Positions 29,031-43,627 of a DNA stretch of 64,000 nt are shown here, piece by piece (the first letter of the stretch is position 1; every line of letters starts with the position of its first letter). This DNA comes from the human T2T-CHM13v2.0 reference genome, Homo sapiens. The stretch is taken from assembly GCF_009914755.1 (NCBI RefSeq), contig NC_060927.1, one strand, 5' to 3'. A program made the translations under genes and the position numbers. Below the pieces are notes generated by a model. The model worked only from the letters and a program-made list of their open reading frames with translations, was not told where the DNA came from and searched no databases.

Positions 29031-30944
29031 TTAATGAATGATCTTGGATACAGAAAAAATTTAAGTAGTTTTCAATGCTTCTTCATTATAAAACATCATA
29101 GCAAAATAGCAGTACAAGTTTCTCAACCTGATTAAAGGTGTTTATCTAAAATGTACAGTTAATATATTTAGTGGTGAAGCTTTAGGCATTCCCATTAAAA
29201 TTTGGGACCAGTGAAGAATTGTGCTATTACCTTTCCTATTTAATGTTGTACAGGAAGTTCTAGCCAATGTGCTATAATAATAAAAAAGGAAATGAGATAT
29301 GTAATTAAGAAAAAAATAGTATTTTTATTTGTAGACGATATCATTGTCTATGTAGAAAGCCCTGGAGAATATAAATACTGTTAGAACAAAAAAACACACT
29401 AAAGATAATGTTAAAGAATAACAAGGTGTGGAGACCAACTCTACCAGATGGCAAGGTTTATTATACATTAAATTATAGTAAGTAGGTAAGAAGGTATCGT
29501 GCATGCATGGAACAATGACAATGGAATCGAATATACAGCCAAGAAACAGAATTAGATATTTATAAAAACTGATATAGGGGAGAGTTAACATTACAGATGA
29601 GTTGGGAAAAGATGAAGTGGCTATTCTAAGTGGACTAAAGGCTTAAATAAACAAATAACTAAAATTTGACTAACTATAAAGAAAAGATTTACAAATGCCA
29701 TTAAATTATAATTGTAAAAGCATTTAACAACCTCAGCAAAACCTGTGGTAAACATATTTGACGTGGAAGATACAGACTGGAAGTAGGTATTTGTCACACG
29801 TGTGGCTGACAAAATAAGGCATACAGAATTTTAAAAGAACTTGTGGTTAGTCTAAAAGAGAAATGGACCAACGCAATTCACAGAGGAGGAAACTCTAGCG
29901 GTAAGTCAGCATAAGAAAGAGAAAGATGCTGAACCTGATTAGCAAACAGGGAAATGCACACTAAAACATTTCACATTTATATGGCCAGTGTGTTTTTAAA
30001 AGTTTGAATGTAACATTTACGGTATTGGCAAGAATTTAGAGAAAGGGATTTTAAACATGCTTATGTTCATATGAATTCAAACAGCCACTCTGGGAGAGCA
30101 ATTTGTCAAGTTACAGTAAACTTGAACATAAGCATGCTCTTTGACAGAACAATTCCACTTTTAGAAATATGTTCTAGAAAACCATCCACTACAAGTACAC
30201 AAGAAGATATGTTCAGAGTGCTTGTTGCATCATTATTTATAATAGCAAATTTTACTGTAAATTGGATAAGTAAATTATCAATATAATCATACAATTAAAT
30301 ACTAAGCCCTTATGAAATTGAACCACCTAAACATGGCAGAATCTCAAAAACATAATTTTGAGAGAGAAAATACAAGTATGTCACTGCTTAGCTAAAATTT
30401 TAAAGCATATTAAAAATACTGTATACTGTTTATAGACATAGCTATGTGACAACAGTATAAAAAGAAGCATAGTAATAATAAACACAGCTTAGGATAGTGG
30501 ATCAGCTGGGAAAAAGGATGGAATTTTGATACATAAGCACTTCAACTGTATATGTAATTTTTCTAATTTAAAATATAAAGAAAAACTGAAAAATCTTAAC
30601 GTTTAATAAGGCTGGCTGACAAAAATACATTCTTTATAACTTTACGAATGATAATGATATTTCGTTTTAAAATGGCGTTAAATAAAGTTAAATTCTATTG
30701 TAGTTGATGTTGGATTTCTCAGACCCTAGGATGCACTGTGACTCTCTAAAAGGTAAAGGTAGTATTTGGTATTTTTCAAATGCATTTGATCAGGGAATGA
30801 ATTTTGAGGATATGTATGGAGACACTAGATTATTGCAGAACAAGTGGGAGAAATGCAAATCTTGAAATAAAAAATGATGTGAAATTATTTTTTAGTGCAA
30901 ATGCCTGAGGTCTAGACCATCATCTTTTCTGAATATTTCATACA

Positions 30945-31640
30945 TACAGAATCATACAATATGTAGTCTTTTATATCCAGTTTCTTTCATGTAACATAAC
31001 ATTTTGAAGTTCTTCCATGTTGTAGGATGTATCAATATTTTGTTATTTTATATTGGCAAATAGTAGTGCATTATATAGATATACCATACTTGGTTTATCC
31101 ATATACCAGTTGTTGATTATTTGAATTGTTCAGTTTTTGGCTGTTAGCATTATTCATAATACTGCTATGAACATTTTTTGTATAAGTCTTTTGTAGAGAG
31201 ATGTATTTTTATTTCTCTTGGGTGGATTCATAGAAGTGAAATTGTTGGATCATTGTAAGCTTATGTTTAACTTTCTAAAGTCCTGCCAAATTATTTTTTA
31301 GAGTGGCAATACAATTTTACATTTCTATCAGTAATATTTTCAGTTTCTCTGCATCCTTGCCAAAACTTTTCATTATCTGTGTTTTGATTATAGTCATTCA
31401 GGTGAGTGTATAGTGTTATTTCATTGTGGTTTTAATATGCATTCTTCTAAAGATGAATGATGTTGAACACTTTTCATGTTCTTATTAGCTATTTGATGTC
31501 TTCTTTGATGAAATGTTTATCCAAGTCTTTTGCCATATTTTAAACTGGATGATGATGATGATTTACTGAGTTATGAGAGTTCTAATATGGATGAGTCCTT
31601 TACCAAATGTAGGATTTGCGTATATTTTCTTCCTGTAAGA
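30945..31640 (-). mobile_element. L1M 3' region relic
   Basis: gaatcatacaatatgtagtctttt...gctatgaacattt...tttcattgtggttttaatatgcatt. Confidence 0.8.
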
Positions 31641-32960
31641 AATAACATAATTTTAAGTGGGACTTGATTTTCATGTGTTTCATATCTCTCACATGATATT
31701 ACTTTGGACAGAAAGTACTGCTGTAAAGATGATTTACAAGAGGACCATTTATCACTGTAATTGATAGTTTAGGTATTTAGCATGCTTATGCTCCTATGAT
31801 TTATTTGCTGGGGATTTAAATCTTATGAAAAATACTAATTCAAATGTATTAGAATTCCTACATTCTAATTACTGGTAATTCTGTCAAAGCAATGGTCTTA
31901 TATTTACTTTCCACATTTATTCCCCCAATGTAAATATTGTTTAAAACATTCTTTAAAGTTTTCCTCATGATTTGCATTCTGAGTGGTAAACCTCTGCATT
32001 CAATGTACATACACACATGCACACACATTCATTTTCTCTGCTTCAAAATGTAAGTTAATATTTTACCAATTGCAGATGTTACCCTCATAGTTGTTGGACA
32101 AACTTTAGTGTCTCATGGAAAATAGGGATTTAGTTAAAAAACAATAAAAATTATTACTAAGTATGCTTTAAAAAACAGCAATAAGAAACAATTTTAAAAG
32201 TCAAATGCTTCCACAGGAACTAGTTTAATCAGCATTAAAACCTTCTGGAATAGGTAAGTCTACTGAATCACCTCTCTGATTGTCTAGGAGACATTGCTGC
32301 ATCGCACAATTCACAGGAGTGTATTCTCCCATAGCTTTATTTTATATGGAATGCTCCTCTTTAAAAAATGTAAAAAAAAAAAAAAAAGAAAAAAAATTGC
32401 AACGCACCATTACTGAGCTTGAAATGAATGTCCTTTACACTTGCACATGCCTTTTGTTTCATTTTCAAAAGTCTCTCCAAAAGAAAACCTTGTTGAAACA
32501 CCTGGCATTTCACAAATTATTGTGCTGCTTAAGGGCACTTTTTCTGGCCCTTGTCTTTTATTCATATATTGAAAGGGCAGAGCATAAACAGATCACCTTT
32601 CTGTGCCCTGCCCTCACATGATGTAAGAGGTGGAGGCAGGGAGAATAAGACATATTCTTTGATGTGTTTCTTTGTTTCGTTGAGGGATAAATTTTAAAAA
32701 AGAAAAATCGTAACTTTCATATAGATATAAAATAAACATGTTAAAGATTTTGTTTAATTCATTATTAAAAAGGGAACTAGGCAGATGTTACGAAGTTCAA
32801 AGGAGAAGTGAATGAATCCCAAGTTTTTATGGAGCAAAATAATGTTGAAATCACTGTACAAAAGGAGATAAAACTGGCTTTTCCATTACAGAGAGGGGTG
32901 AAGGAGGACAATGTGTAGTTTTTCAATGGAGACACCCAGTAATGTTTTCTGCTTCTTAAG

Positions 32961-33265
32961 CAAGGATTGTCAAACATTTTCTGTAACATGCCAGATAGTA
33001 AATATTTTAGGTTTTGTGTGCCTTATGGTCTCCCATTCAATTCAGCTGTTGTAGCATGAAAGCAGCCATAGATAATACATAAACAAATGGGCATAATTAT
33101 GTCAGAATAAAACTTTATTTATGGACATTGGAATTCAAATTTCATATTATTTTCATGTTACAAAATGTTGTTCTTTTTGTTTTTTTGGTTTTCAACCACT
33201 TAAAAATCTAAGACTAGTCCCTGCTGTGAACCATACAAAAACAGCCTGCAAAGCAAATTTGATTA
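32961..33265 (-). mobile_element. MER58B-type hAT-Charlie element
   Basis: gccagatagtaaatattttagg...aaagcagccatagataat...aataaaactttatttatggaca. Confidence 0.8.
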
Positions 33266-34057
33266 ACATTTAACCAATAGAGAATATACTGAAAAACTCA
33301 TAACTAAAATCAGCACAGATTTGCAAAGTATGAGATTTATAGTAATAAGTTATTATACATAATAAATGTAATATTGTTACATATGTACATAGTAGATATG
33401 CATAGATATATATATACTTGTGTACATACATATCTATCTATGCATATATATAATATAAATAAATAATTGTCATGAAATAACAACAACGGAGCCTATGCTA
33501 AAACAGTTGGAAAAACCAAGGTTGTCTAAGTACAGATGACCATACCTTGTTAATGTGTATCACTGGGGTTATATCACCTCAGTTGATCACCCACTTCACT
33601 CATAAGACTAACACGACCTGATGGAGTAAAAAATACTGTTCTGTGATCAGTTACCCAGAAGTATTCTCTTTCACAATTGGTTTACCAAACTCACATGGAA
33701 TTTCAAGCATATTTGAAACAGATAGCTTTCCTTAAGTGCACGGGGAACATAACAAAACTTAGAACCTGGGTGTTAACAAATGCATAAGATACAGAGCCTC
33801 TTTATGTAAGTTAACTATATAAATATGAGTGTTTTCATTTTATTAAATATGTTTTAAATTGTACATATAATGTAATAGTTTTCCAGATAGTTTAAAAAGT
33901 CTTTGTGAACAAACTTTTATCAGCCCTCATCTACTTGTTGGCTGAATACTCTGGTAAAATTTCATGAATTGGGTACAGGTACAAAATTATGTCTTTAATA
34001 TATTTATTGTTATATTACTTATTACTGTGTTTTGTAACCACTATACACGTACCAGCG

Positions 34058-34218
34058 TCACCAGATATATTCTTAGGGTCCATGAGCACTCTAAGGACTT
34101 CAAATATGCATTTTTATTTTTATGAATTAACTGGATGTAATCAGCCCACCACATGTTTTTTGTTAATAAAGTTTTCCTGGAAAATAGCCCTACTCATTTG
34201 TTTGCATATTGTCTATGG
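34058..34218 (+). mobile_element. MER58A fragment, inverted relative to the neighbouring copy
   Basis: tttttgttaataaagtttt...catttgtttgcatattgtctatgg. Confidence 0.75.
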
Positions 34219-34384
34219 ATTCCCACTTTATGACCAAATATTGCTGCACAATTTTTGTTTCTGTAATTGTGTTTATTTCTTTAGTGGGCTTTAGATGATG
34301 CTTTAAAATGTAACTTTTATGATAATATTTGTCTAGCTGTGACAGTTTGCCTCTTGTTGTAGAGTATGCAAATATATTCTAGAG

Positions 34385-34607
34385 CAGAGATATTGGCAAT
34401 CTTTCTGTAAATTACCAGAGAGTAAATAGTCTAGCTTTTGCGGGCCATAGAATTCCATCATAACCATGCAACTCGGCAGTTGTAGCGTGAAAGCAACCAT
34501 AGACAATATGTAAACAAATGAATGTGGTTAGTTTCCAATACAACTTTATTAACAAAAACATGTGGTGGGGTGATTATGTCCAGAGGGCCTTAGTTTGCTA
34601 ACTCTTG
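34385..34607 (-). mobile_element. MER58A, full length
   Basis: About 223 bp; degenerate 8-bp TSD ttctagag / ttgtagaa. Confidence 0.85.
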
Positions 34608-34879
34608 TTGTAGAACATCTGGTGATTCTCAAAAATTTAATAAAAATCGATTTATAAATATATACTCTTTAACAAATGATTCTATAAAGCATCACATTTG
34701 CAGAGGTAAAGTACGAAGCCATTATTTGCTTAGCTACATAATGCTTCCATTATACAAATACAATATAAAATTACATTATTATGAATGTTTTATGTTAAAA
34801 TAAAGAACTAGGTTTTTAAAGCTTTTTTAAAAAATAAATAGCATATTCCTGAAGAAAACCAGCCTGTATTCCACAAGTG

Positions 34880-35024
34880 TTTGTTTGTTTGTTTGATTGA
34901 TTTTGTTTGTAGAGAGAGGGTCTTGCTATGTTGCCCAGACTGGATTCAAACTCCTGGGTTCAGGCGATCCTCCCACTTCATTCTCCCAAGTAGCTGACTG
35001 CAGGCGTGCATCACTGCTTCCAGC
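34880..35024 (-). mobile_element. FLAM/Alu monomer with (TTTG)n tail
   Basis: gggtcttgctatgttgcccagactgg...gatcctcccac; TSD cacaagt(g)tttgtttg on both sides. Confidence 0.85.
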
Positions 35025-37199
35025 TCACAAGTTTGTTTGTTTGTTTTTTAACACAAACTACGGGTAGTTTTTCTTTTTGACTTATAGCCGTAACCCATAT
35101 ATATATTTGAGTTACTAAATAAACTGCTTCTAAAACCCTAGATATTGGTTAGAACTTTTCATCCTCAGCTTACAATTGCAGGAATTTTAGATGTCAGCTA
35201 AATCAAAGGTGTCTGGTTGAAGAAACAACAACAGTTAAGATACATTCTCTGACAGGCCAGAAAGGTAGTTTAAAAGCTGGCCAGCAAAAATCTAATTGTT
35301 CTTGAACATATTCAATGAATATTCAATACTGAGTTAATTTTTATGAATACATTTATAAATATATTGTTTTGTTTACTATTTTAAGTGAATCTAACAAATG
35401 TTTCATATGAAAATTAGTATACTGTGATCTCTTTCAAATTCTTTTAAAAGTCAAGTAACATTGATTAGATTTATTTTAATTATTTATAATTATATAGCAG
35501 TTCATATTGTGGGGCTAAATTAATGGTTTCTTAAAATTTCTGTAAATTTCAGTGTTTTGGCCTTTTTGGTCTTCATAGCAATATTTTAAATAATTAGTTT
35601 TTTGAAAGAGAATTTTTAGAAGGTCATAGTATGACTTGGTTTTCTTAGGAAAAATTTCTCATTTAATATTCAGAAATATGTGATTCATATTTAGTAACCA
35701 AAATTTAGAATAAGATTTAGCATACCAAATCTGACCTATAATCACCTTCAGAAACATAGCTTTATCTAGAAACACATTAATGTCAAATGTTAATGATCTT
35801 CCTATTAATTACAAAATTATGACTGGTATGCCATTTGGTGAAATGATGACAAACTTACATGAAATAGTAAAGAATGTGTGCAAACTGAAAACAGCCCAAA
35901 ACAATTCCATCACATATCAGTTGCTGAGATTTTATATTTTAATTGCTATAAATACAAAATTAAAACTGACGCTACTTAGATAGATTCATTTAAAATATAG
36001 AGCTATTGACTATAATTTTAAAATTCATTAACATACTTCTTATGAGTTGATACATTTGGTAAAGGTTGGTGATTATTTGATCAGTTGATTTTGGGCAAAA
36101 TTGATCTAGTGCTAGCAGAGATGGCGTCGTTAAGGGAGACAAAATACCTTTGCTTGCTGAGGGGGGAATACTTAAGGTGAGATATCAGAATCAATATGTT
36201 TGTAAAGTCCAGTAGTTAAGTAAACATGTTAAAACTGGTGTTCACAGGTTTTCCATTGCTTCAAGAAACTATGGAAACTAATAAATGATTTGTTTCATTT
36301 TTTTTCACTTACAGAAGTTCTAAGGGAAAAATTTTATTCACTTCCTTTTTATTGTATCAGCAGCTGTTCTTCTTGATAACAAATCAGCTTCCCTTTAGTT
36401 CTCTGAGGAGATCCAAGGTCTTGCCAAGAGCAAAAGTTGAACAGATGCCTCAGTAAATGTAGTTCTATTCTTGGCTAGTCAAGGCCACTTGTCTTCAGCA
36501 GATTGAGTTTTTTATTGTTTTTGTATTTTATTTTATCCTAGAAATATTTTGAAAGCTGTAAACAGCCCAGGTGAAATTAATTCGACTGTTGATGAGTTAT
36601 AAGGAATAAAATATATAAACCTGGCTGCTTTGACGGAATATTTTTCCTGTAGTAGCTTTGTGGGAATAATACGTGTCCAATGTATTTATAGGCAAAGAAA
36701 AATTAGCTGCATGGACAAGAAGCCTGATGGATTTAATGTGGAAGAAAGTAGGATGCTGTTGGAAATGAGCTAATTTACTGAAGCAACAAGTGCGATTGAT
36801 AATGTTGCAATAAGTTTGCTTTCACAATGTGTAATGGATGGTAGAGTTTAGGACTGTGCGCAGGAAGAAGTATTCATTTGTAGCTTCCTGTTTCAAACCT
36901 CCACTTAAAATCCCTCAAACACGAATCTCACGAAGGTAGAGTAGCTTCTACAAGTTTGTATGGCCTTATTTCAAGTATGCTGTGTTAGTTTCATTTTTAA
37001 GGAAATGAACATATGTAATACTGCTTTTGATATGTATACTGTAGTAAAGTGTTGGTCACATACTTTAATTGTTCTTAAATTTATAAGATTACTTTCATCA
37101 ACCTTTTGAACTAGATTATTTTGAGGAATTAACTTTAAGATGCTTAATGTCAGTTTAAGATGATCACATCTTGAAACTTTCACAGAAACTTTTATCTTT

Positions 37200-37540
37200 T
37201 TTGTTTCAAAAATGGTGCCATAAACCTAAGTTTATACGTTCTAGTATATGTGTGTACTTCCACAAGATAGAGCCCTAGAAATGGAATTGATAGGTGAAAA
37301 TATATTTACAGTTAATATTTTAATACATTCTTTAACGTTCCTGCTAAATTAATCATGATCTCACTGTAGTTGTGTGAGAACATCCATTTCCCCGTAAGCT
37401 TGTCAGCGTTGTATTTTATCAACCTTCTAAATATTTGTTAATATGATGAACAAAAAGTGATGTCATGTTGTTATGATTTCGATATATCTGATTAGTAATG
37501 AAATTAAACATCTTTCACACAGTAATTGTGTAATTAGCAT
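37200..37540 (-). mobile_element. Old L1ME-type relic
   Basis: cctagaaatggaattgatagg...tgtgagaacatccatttccc...aaaagtgatgtcatgttg. Confidence 0.6.
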
Positions 37541-39487
37541 AGTTCTTATCAGTTTAAGAATTAACTAATGGGCAGATTTTGTTTATTTGTATGCATGAAT
37601 TTTATTTTATAGAGTCTTTCTAAGGCTTAGGGAAATTTTCCTTTTTGTTTTTTACTATGATTATTCTTTTTTCTCTGTCACCTTTCTCTAGAACTCCTGT
37701 TAGATGCATGTTAGCCTTTCAATATCTAATCAATACACCTTTTAACTTTGCTCTCTCATACTGTTAAACTTTTTGTCCTCTACTGTCCAACCCTAGTCCA
37801 CTGCATTCTGCGGGGAGGTCCCACTTCTCAGTCTTCCAGATTACTACTTTTTATCAGGGTTCATCCTGCTATTTAGTGCTTGATGTATTTTGTTTTGATT
37901 TTAATTATGCTGTTTATGATTTCTATAATAACCTATTTATGTGGTTGTATAATTTTTTGTTTTTTGTTTATTCTCACTATCCTTTTGGATATTCATGATT
38001 AGGACATTAGTTCTACCCATTTTTAATCTTTCTTTTAATTTTTTTTTTAGTCTGTTTATTCATATTTCCTTGGGGTAGTAGATTGGTATCTCCTTATCAA
38101 GTTGATGGTTTTCTCCACTGGTCTCAGGTTGTACAGCCTTAGTAGCTTCAGTATAATTCCACAGACTGGATGATAATTCCTTTTTGTTTGACAGCAAATG
38201 CAAGTTCTAAAGACAGGAATTTTCCCTCTTATTATTGTTTGGGGGGAACAATAACCTTCAACCGTTTATAGTTTTCTTGTATGTCCTAGAAAATGTGTTA
38301 CCTAGGATTTTGTCTCATATTTCTGGCACTTTTGCCCACTCTTGGAGTCTCTCATGTAAGACTTCCTACTTTGATAGAATGTACTCATGTTTGTTTTCAT
38401 TTTTTGAGGTAGCAAACATAGTAATTACCAACCTTAAAGAGTCAGCTACTCTCACTGGGGTTCCAACGTGCTTTTATTTTTCTCTTGACTGCTTATCATC
38501 CAATATTTCTCCAAGGAATGGCTTTATCTTGGGATTGTTTAAGGCCTTATCTGATTGAGATAGTCTTAATTCAGTTGAATTTTGATATTAGTCTATTTCC
38601 ATCTGCTTTATATCTTCCAGGAAATTCACAGTTGTCCCATATTACCAGTGCTCTTTTGTATTTACTTTTGTTTTTATACTTGTCCTTTTCAAAGGTATTT
38701 GGGAAACGAGGAGATTTGCTCAGTCAGTAATCTTCTATTTGAACTAAGAAGACCACAGTTCTTTTATTATTGACATAAAATGTCTCTAGTTAAACAAATG
38801 GTATTGTCATTTCGAGTAACTGATTATATTTTTTTCAAGTTATTCCTTTTAAACTTCCTATGGAGTTGGCTTGGATTTGTGATTAAATTTGATCCCATTA
38901 TATTTATTTTCACTTAGTCTGATTCCAATAAAAGAGATGACTACTTATCTTGCTTCAGTTTGAAATTCTTGTAGCAGGTGTATTTAGAAAAGGTCTACAA
39001 ACTTACTGGAAATTTAACCCAATCAAATATTGTTAGAAGCATTAGTCTTCTTTTAAGGGCAAGATTGTCAGTGATTTAACATTTTTACATAAATTTTTAG
39101 AAAGATTCATTTATAGATGCATTGAAACTTTCTTATTTTAAAACATTAGTAATGAGAGAGTTTAATTTGAAAGCTGAAACTGATCCCATTCAAGAATTAT
39201 TTTCATTTCTTATTATACTTAAAGTTTTAGATTTTCAAATACATGCCATTTAATAGTTTAAAAAATATTAAAGTAAACATTTTCTAATGCCGATATTTAA
39301 TAAGTTCTTTCTTTGCAAGACCTGTAATTTGGTGCTCAACACAAAGGTTATGTGTAAGAATTGACTATGAATGTAAATTAGCAAAGTTTCTGCATAGATA
39401 AAAATAAGAACAATCTTATCTCCATGGATACTAATATTTCCTTGTCTTTCAGTCATGCCATTCTCTCCCTTTTCTCCCTGCTTCTCT

Positions 39488-39610
39488 TCATTTTGTTCAT
39501 TTATGTTTAATTTAACAAACATTTATGCAGTATTTTATATGTGCCTGGCACTGTGTTAGACCCAAGAGATACAATGATGAATAGATAAGACACGATTTTT
39601 ACCTCATATC
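39488..39610 (-). mobile_element. L2 3' end
   Basis: aacaaacatttat...tatgtgcctggcactgtgttag...gatacaatgatgaata. Confidence 0.75.
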
Positions 39611-40689
39611 TTGACCTTTGTTTCCGTGCAAAGATCAGATGAGAAAGGTATAAAAACATTCTATAAAATTGTCTTATAATAGAAGATGTTGTAAAAGGTA
39701 CAGGTAGATATACAGTATCAATTTAAATTTTGAATAGAGGGAAAATGCTATAAAATTAGGCTTAAAAACTTTCAGATTGTTGTCTTAAGTACTGAGTATT
39801 AAATTGGAGATAACTATATTGCAGAAGGAGACTCCTCAAAGCAAGCATTGTTTCATTGAAGAAATTTCTTTTTAACTTGAAAGCTTCAAACATCTTCGGA
39901 AGCTTATTAAGTATTAGCACTTCTCTCTTGTAGTTTTTGTTTGTGTGTGTGCAAAAATAAAAGAGACAGTAGGTGTGAATGTTTTTTTGTAAACCGTAAA
40001 GTACTTCATAAATATAAGTTGCTATTATTGTGAAGGGAGGTGATATTGAGAGACTATGGAACAATTTTGATAAGGTGTAGAACCGAGCATATTTGGAAAG
40101 GAAAAGACAGTAAATTTTAAGCAAAATTGTAACTACCTAAATGATATATTTTGAAGTATGCTCGAATGGACTTCATTTCCAGAAACATCTTCTGTCTACA
40201 ACTTGTTATGGCATTTAAAATTCTGCTGGAGAAATTGCTTCTGTTTGATGCTAATAGTAGGTAATAGTATGCATTCAAAAATAGTATTTTTTAAAATGCA
40301 GCAGTTTCACCTTTGAAAGTGCTTTGCTGTATTTTTATTGGCTCTTGATAACATTTTGTGCTAGCTGTTGGTGATGGTATTGTTATCTTCATCATCTTTA
40401 TTCCTTTTCTTTATTTGAGCAAGTGTTAGTAGATATTTTTCCTTTTTTATTGGTGAGGAAGTAAGGATCACAAGTTGTATGAATTATTTATCCAATTTTT
40501 AATGAGTGACAGGCTTAACCCACACTATCTTACTTCTGTTTTCTTTCTGCTCTACCATGATTAAATCCCTAATGAAAGAAGTGCTTATTATGGACCTATT
40601 ATAGGGCTAGGACATTTCAAAGTCAAATAGTACAGTTTCTCCATAGGGTGCACAAGTTAATTGGAGATATAAATCTTATGGGTTAGAAA

Positions 40690-40880
40690 CAATAGACAAT
40701 GGGGACTATTAGAGGGGAAAGATAAGGAGGGGGTAGGGGTTGAAAACTACTTATTGGGTACTAGGTTCATTACCTGGGTGATGAGATCAATCATACCCCA
40801 AACCTCAGCATCATACAATATATTCATGTAACAAACCTACACATATATCATCTGAATCTAAAATATAAGCTAAAAAACAA
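40690..40880 (+). mobile_element. L1PB/L1MA-type 3' end
   Basis: atagacaatggggacta...gaaaactacttattgggtact...cccaaacctcagcatca...catgtaacaaacctacac. Confidence 0.85.
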
Positions 40881-41689
40881 GAGAAGGTCGTAATACAGTG
40901 TTTCATTTTAAATACTAAGTGGTGTGATAAAAGCTTTGATTATTTAGACAATCGAGAAAACAATATGAGTTGGTTTAGGTCAAGGAATGGTTTGTTAAGA
41001 GGTGGAATTGCCCAATTATCTAAAAGTTATAACATATAGTTAGATAAGGAGTAGAAGGCCCTTTCAGGGTAGGTTAAAAGCATTATGAGCAAGGCCATCA
41101 TAACTGAAGTGATAGAAAAAAATGATTAATAAGACATGATATGTTTTAGGGGAGAATACCAATAACTTCTATAATCAAATTTTTCCCTGACCCTCAGCTA
41201 TAGTATAGGAACACTTGAAAAAAACCTCTTTTGCCAGCTTGAGGCTTGCCAGGAGTCTCATAACCCCATTTTTCTGCTGTCATTATCTACATCTGTGCCC
41301 TAACCCCTGTTCCAGTCATGAGCTTTGCCTGGGCTTCCTGAAGTTCTAAGATGCCAGTGTGTTAATAATTCCCCTTGCTGGTTGTCAGATTCTTCCTGTC
41401 TCTATTCTATTCTGACTTTTTAGAAGGGATCACACAGCAGAACTTCTTGGCCCTGGTATCATAGGCTTTTCATTTTCTCGATTCCCATACCCCTTTTTTC
41501 CCTCACAGTATATTCATGTTGACAGGGTAGATGAATCAGAGAGGAATTCATGTCTCATCTCTTCATACCCAACAGAGAACTTCTTGGGTCTCAACACCCA
41601 GACAGTTCTGGACATCTGCTTTATCATTTAACAATGGAACATCTTTTACTCCCTTTATATTTTGGCAGAATTTGGCCCTGTGTATAGGA

Positions 41690-42150
41690 TTGGTGTGCTG
41701 CAGTTTTTCGCCTGTCACTACAAAAGCAGAGGAGAAGATACTCCATCTACTTGATAATTACCCAGGAGTCAGAGCATGGCCTGTGACCCAAGCTCAGCCA
41801 ATCAGATGTTTCAACCTGGAACTGATTCTAGAGCAAGTGACTCAAGAAAGAAAGATCAGTTAGGAACTATTGGTGGTGAATGATGTAGCTTCGATGTCAG
41901 TGGTTTCCAGTACTCGTCATTTCTTTCAGAATCATCAGTCTTGTAATTGGATTTTCCTGTTCCTTGGTCCTCCAGCTAAGATCTTTCCTGTGTCCTGGTC
42001 TTTTTTCAGTTTGCATCTTCTTCTAGCCTTCTTGCAGATTCTGTAAATCTAATATCTGTCTATCTACTTCCTGAGTATGTTTTGTTCATTTCCTTTTTTA
42101 AAAAAATTAAAATAGCCCAAGTTAGTTTATTTTTCTTATAAGAAAGTACT
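41690..42150 (+). mobile_element. Old ERVL LTR (LTR33-like)
   Basis: gtgacccaagctcagccaatcagatg motif; subfamily uncertain. Confidence 0.45.
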
Positions 42151-43627
42151 CTGTCTGAAACTCAAAACCCTGTTGCCAAGTCTGGCTTATTGGGCCAGGC
42201 TGACATTTCTTTTCTTGTGCCAGATTCTCTTCAAGAGACTCAAGCCTCTCCTTTGTTCAGTTATTGTCTTCCTCTACCACTCCAAAAGTGGCCAGGATAC
42301 TTGCATATGCCTAAACCTCATAAAAGAAATAGTTCTACTCTTTTTCTGAATCTTCTAGTTCACATATATATTGATAAAAGGATTAGGTACTATTTAGGAG
42401 GTGAGGAGAGGAAAAGTGACATCTAATCCCATGTGTTCGGAAGTTTCAAATTTCTGCTCTAATCCAATATCATAGGTATTATCACTTAATGCTCAGCACC
42501 AATGTAATGAGATAGGTACTTTTACTCAGTGAAAGACTGAAATGAAAAAAAAAAAGATCTTGGCTTCATTGGAAACCTAGATTTCCTTTAGCACATCCTT
42601 CCTGGTTATGTTTATATGGAGGTCTCTGTACTGTTTATTGTCTTTAAAATAATTACAACTCTGTAAACTGTGGAAAGTGGATAGAAGTGCATGTGATTAT
42701 TGTCTGTGGATGTGTGAATACATCATGCTTGGTGGAGGCTAAATTGACTTCCTTTCTCCGCCGTGGAAGAACCCAGTTTTTAGTCTATTTGTGTGGTTCT
42801 CTGGATTCTCCTTTGAGAATCCAAAAAAATCCAACTAGTTGACTGATTATCTTGTTAATTAATAAGTTAAATAAAATGTTTGATACCTATATGCTTTATG
42901 TTTGTTTGAGGGATTTTATCTTTTAAAAAATTATCCTTTAACAACTTGATTTTACCAAATAGGAAATATTACACTTTTAGTATCCAGTAATGTAAACATA
43001 GCTAATAAATAGCAGAGGTGGAATTTAAATCCAGATTTTCCAACTTCAAATTCAGAATTTCCCAAATTCAGATTTACAGAGGAAAGAAGTGATAGGTAAA
43101 ACAGGGGTCCTATTACTTCTGTCCAACTCTGTACATTAGTGTTCAAGTAAGCTCATTTTCTCCAATCTGTTGCCTTTGATTTTTGCTTTACAAGCTACTG
43201 AAAGATTATTATTCTGAAAAAAATGCTTTATTTCTCTTTGTCCTTCCCCTCAGTGACTTCCATGGTCAGTTAGAAATATTTTGAACTGTTGACTCCAGAA
43301 TTTAATCCACCCCCAACAATTTTGCCCTCTATACCCTCCAATATTATCTCACAAGCAACACACCTTATTCTTAGTCATCTTTGTTTTCTCGGATTTAGTT
43401 TTCTCTGTTATGAGGCCTTCTTGTACTCTGTTTTGCTGAACCTAATAAACCTTGAAAAATCATTTTCAGTGAATTTTTATCTCTCCCATAAAGTTTCCCC
43501 AAATCTATCTGGCATTGGAGCCATTGTTGCCTCCTCTAAAAGTTAGCACGTGTCTGTTTAGACATTTAGCAGTTAATATTAACAGTTGTCTTTGGGGTAT
43601 GTAAGCATTTGTGCATCATGTCCTTAA

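Noticed and set aside
29850-31640. Oppositely oriented L1M relics as a possible dsRNA pair or twin-priming inversion
   Set aside because: Both are heavily and independently diverged, with no visible close complementarity or shared TSD
36692-36747. Possible 56-nt exon (tttatag|GCAAAG...GAAA|gtagga) in a unique-looking block
   Set aside because: Weak donor and pyrimidine tract, frame-shifting length and unrecognised peptide; conservation cannot be judged from one sequence
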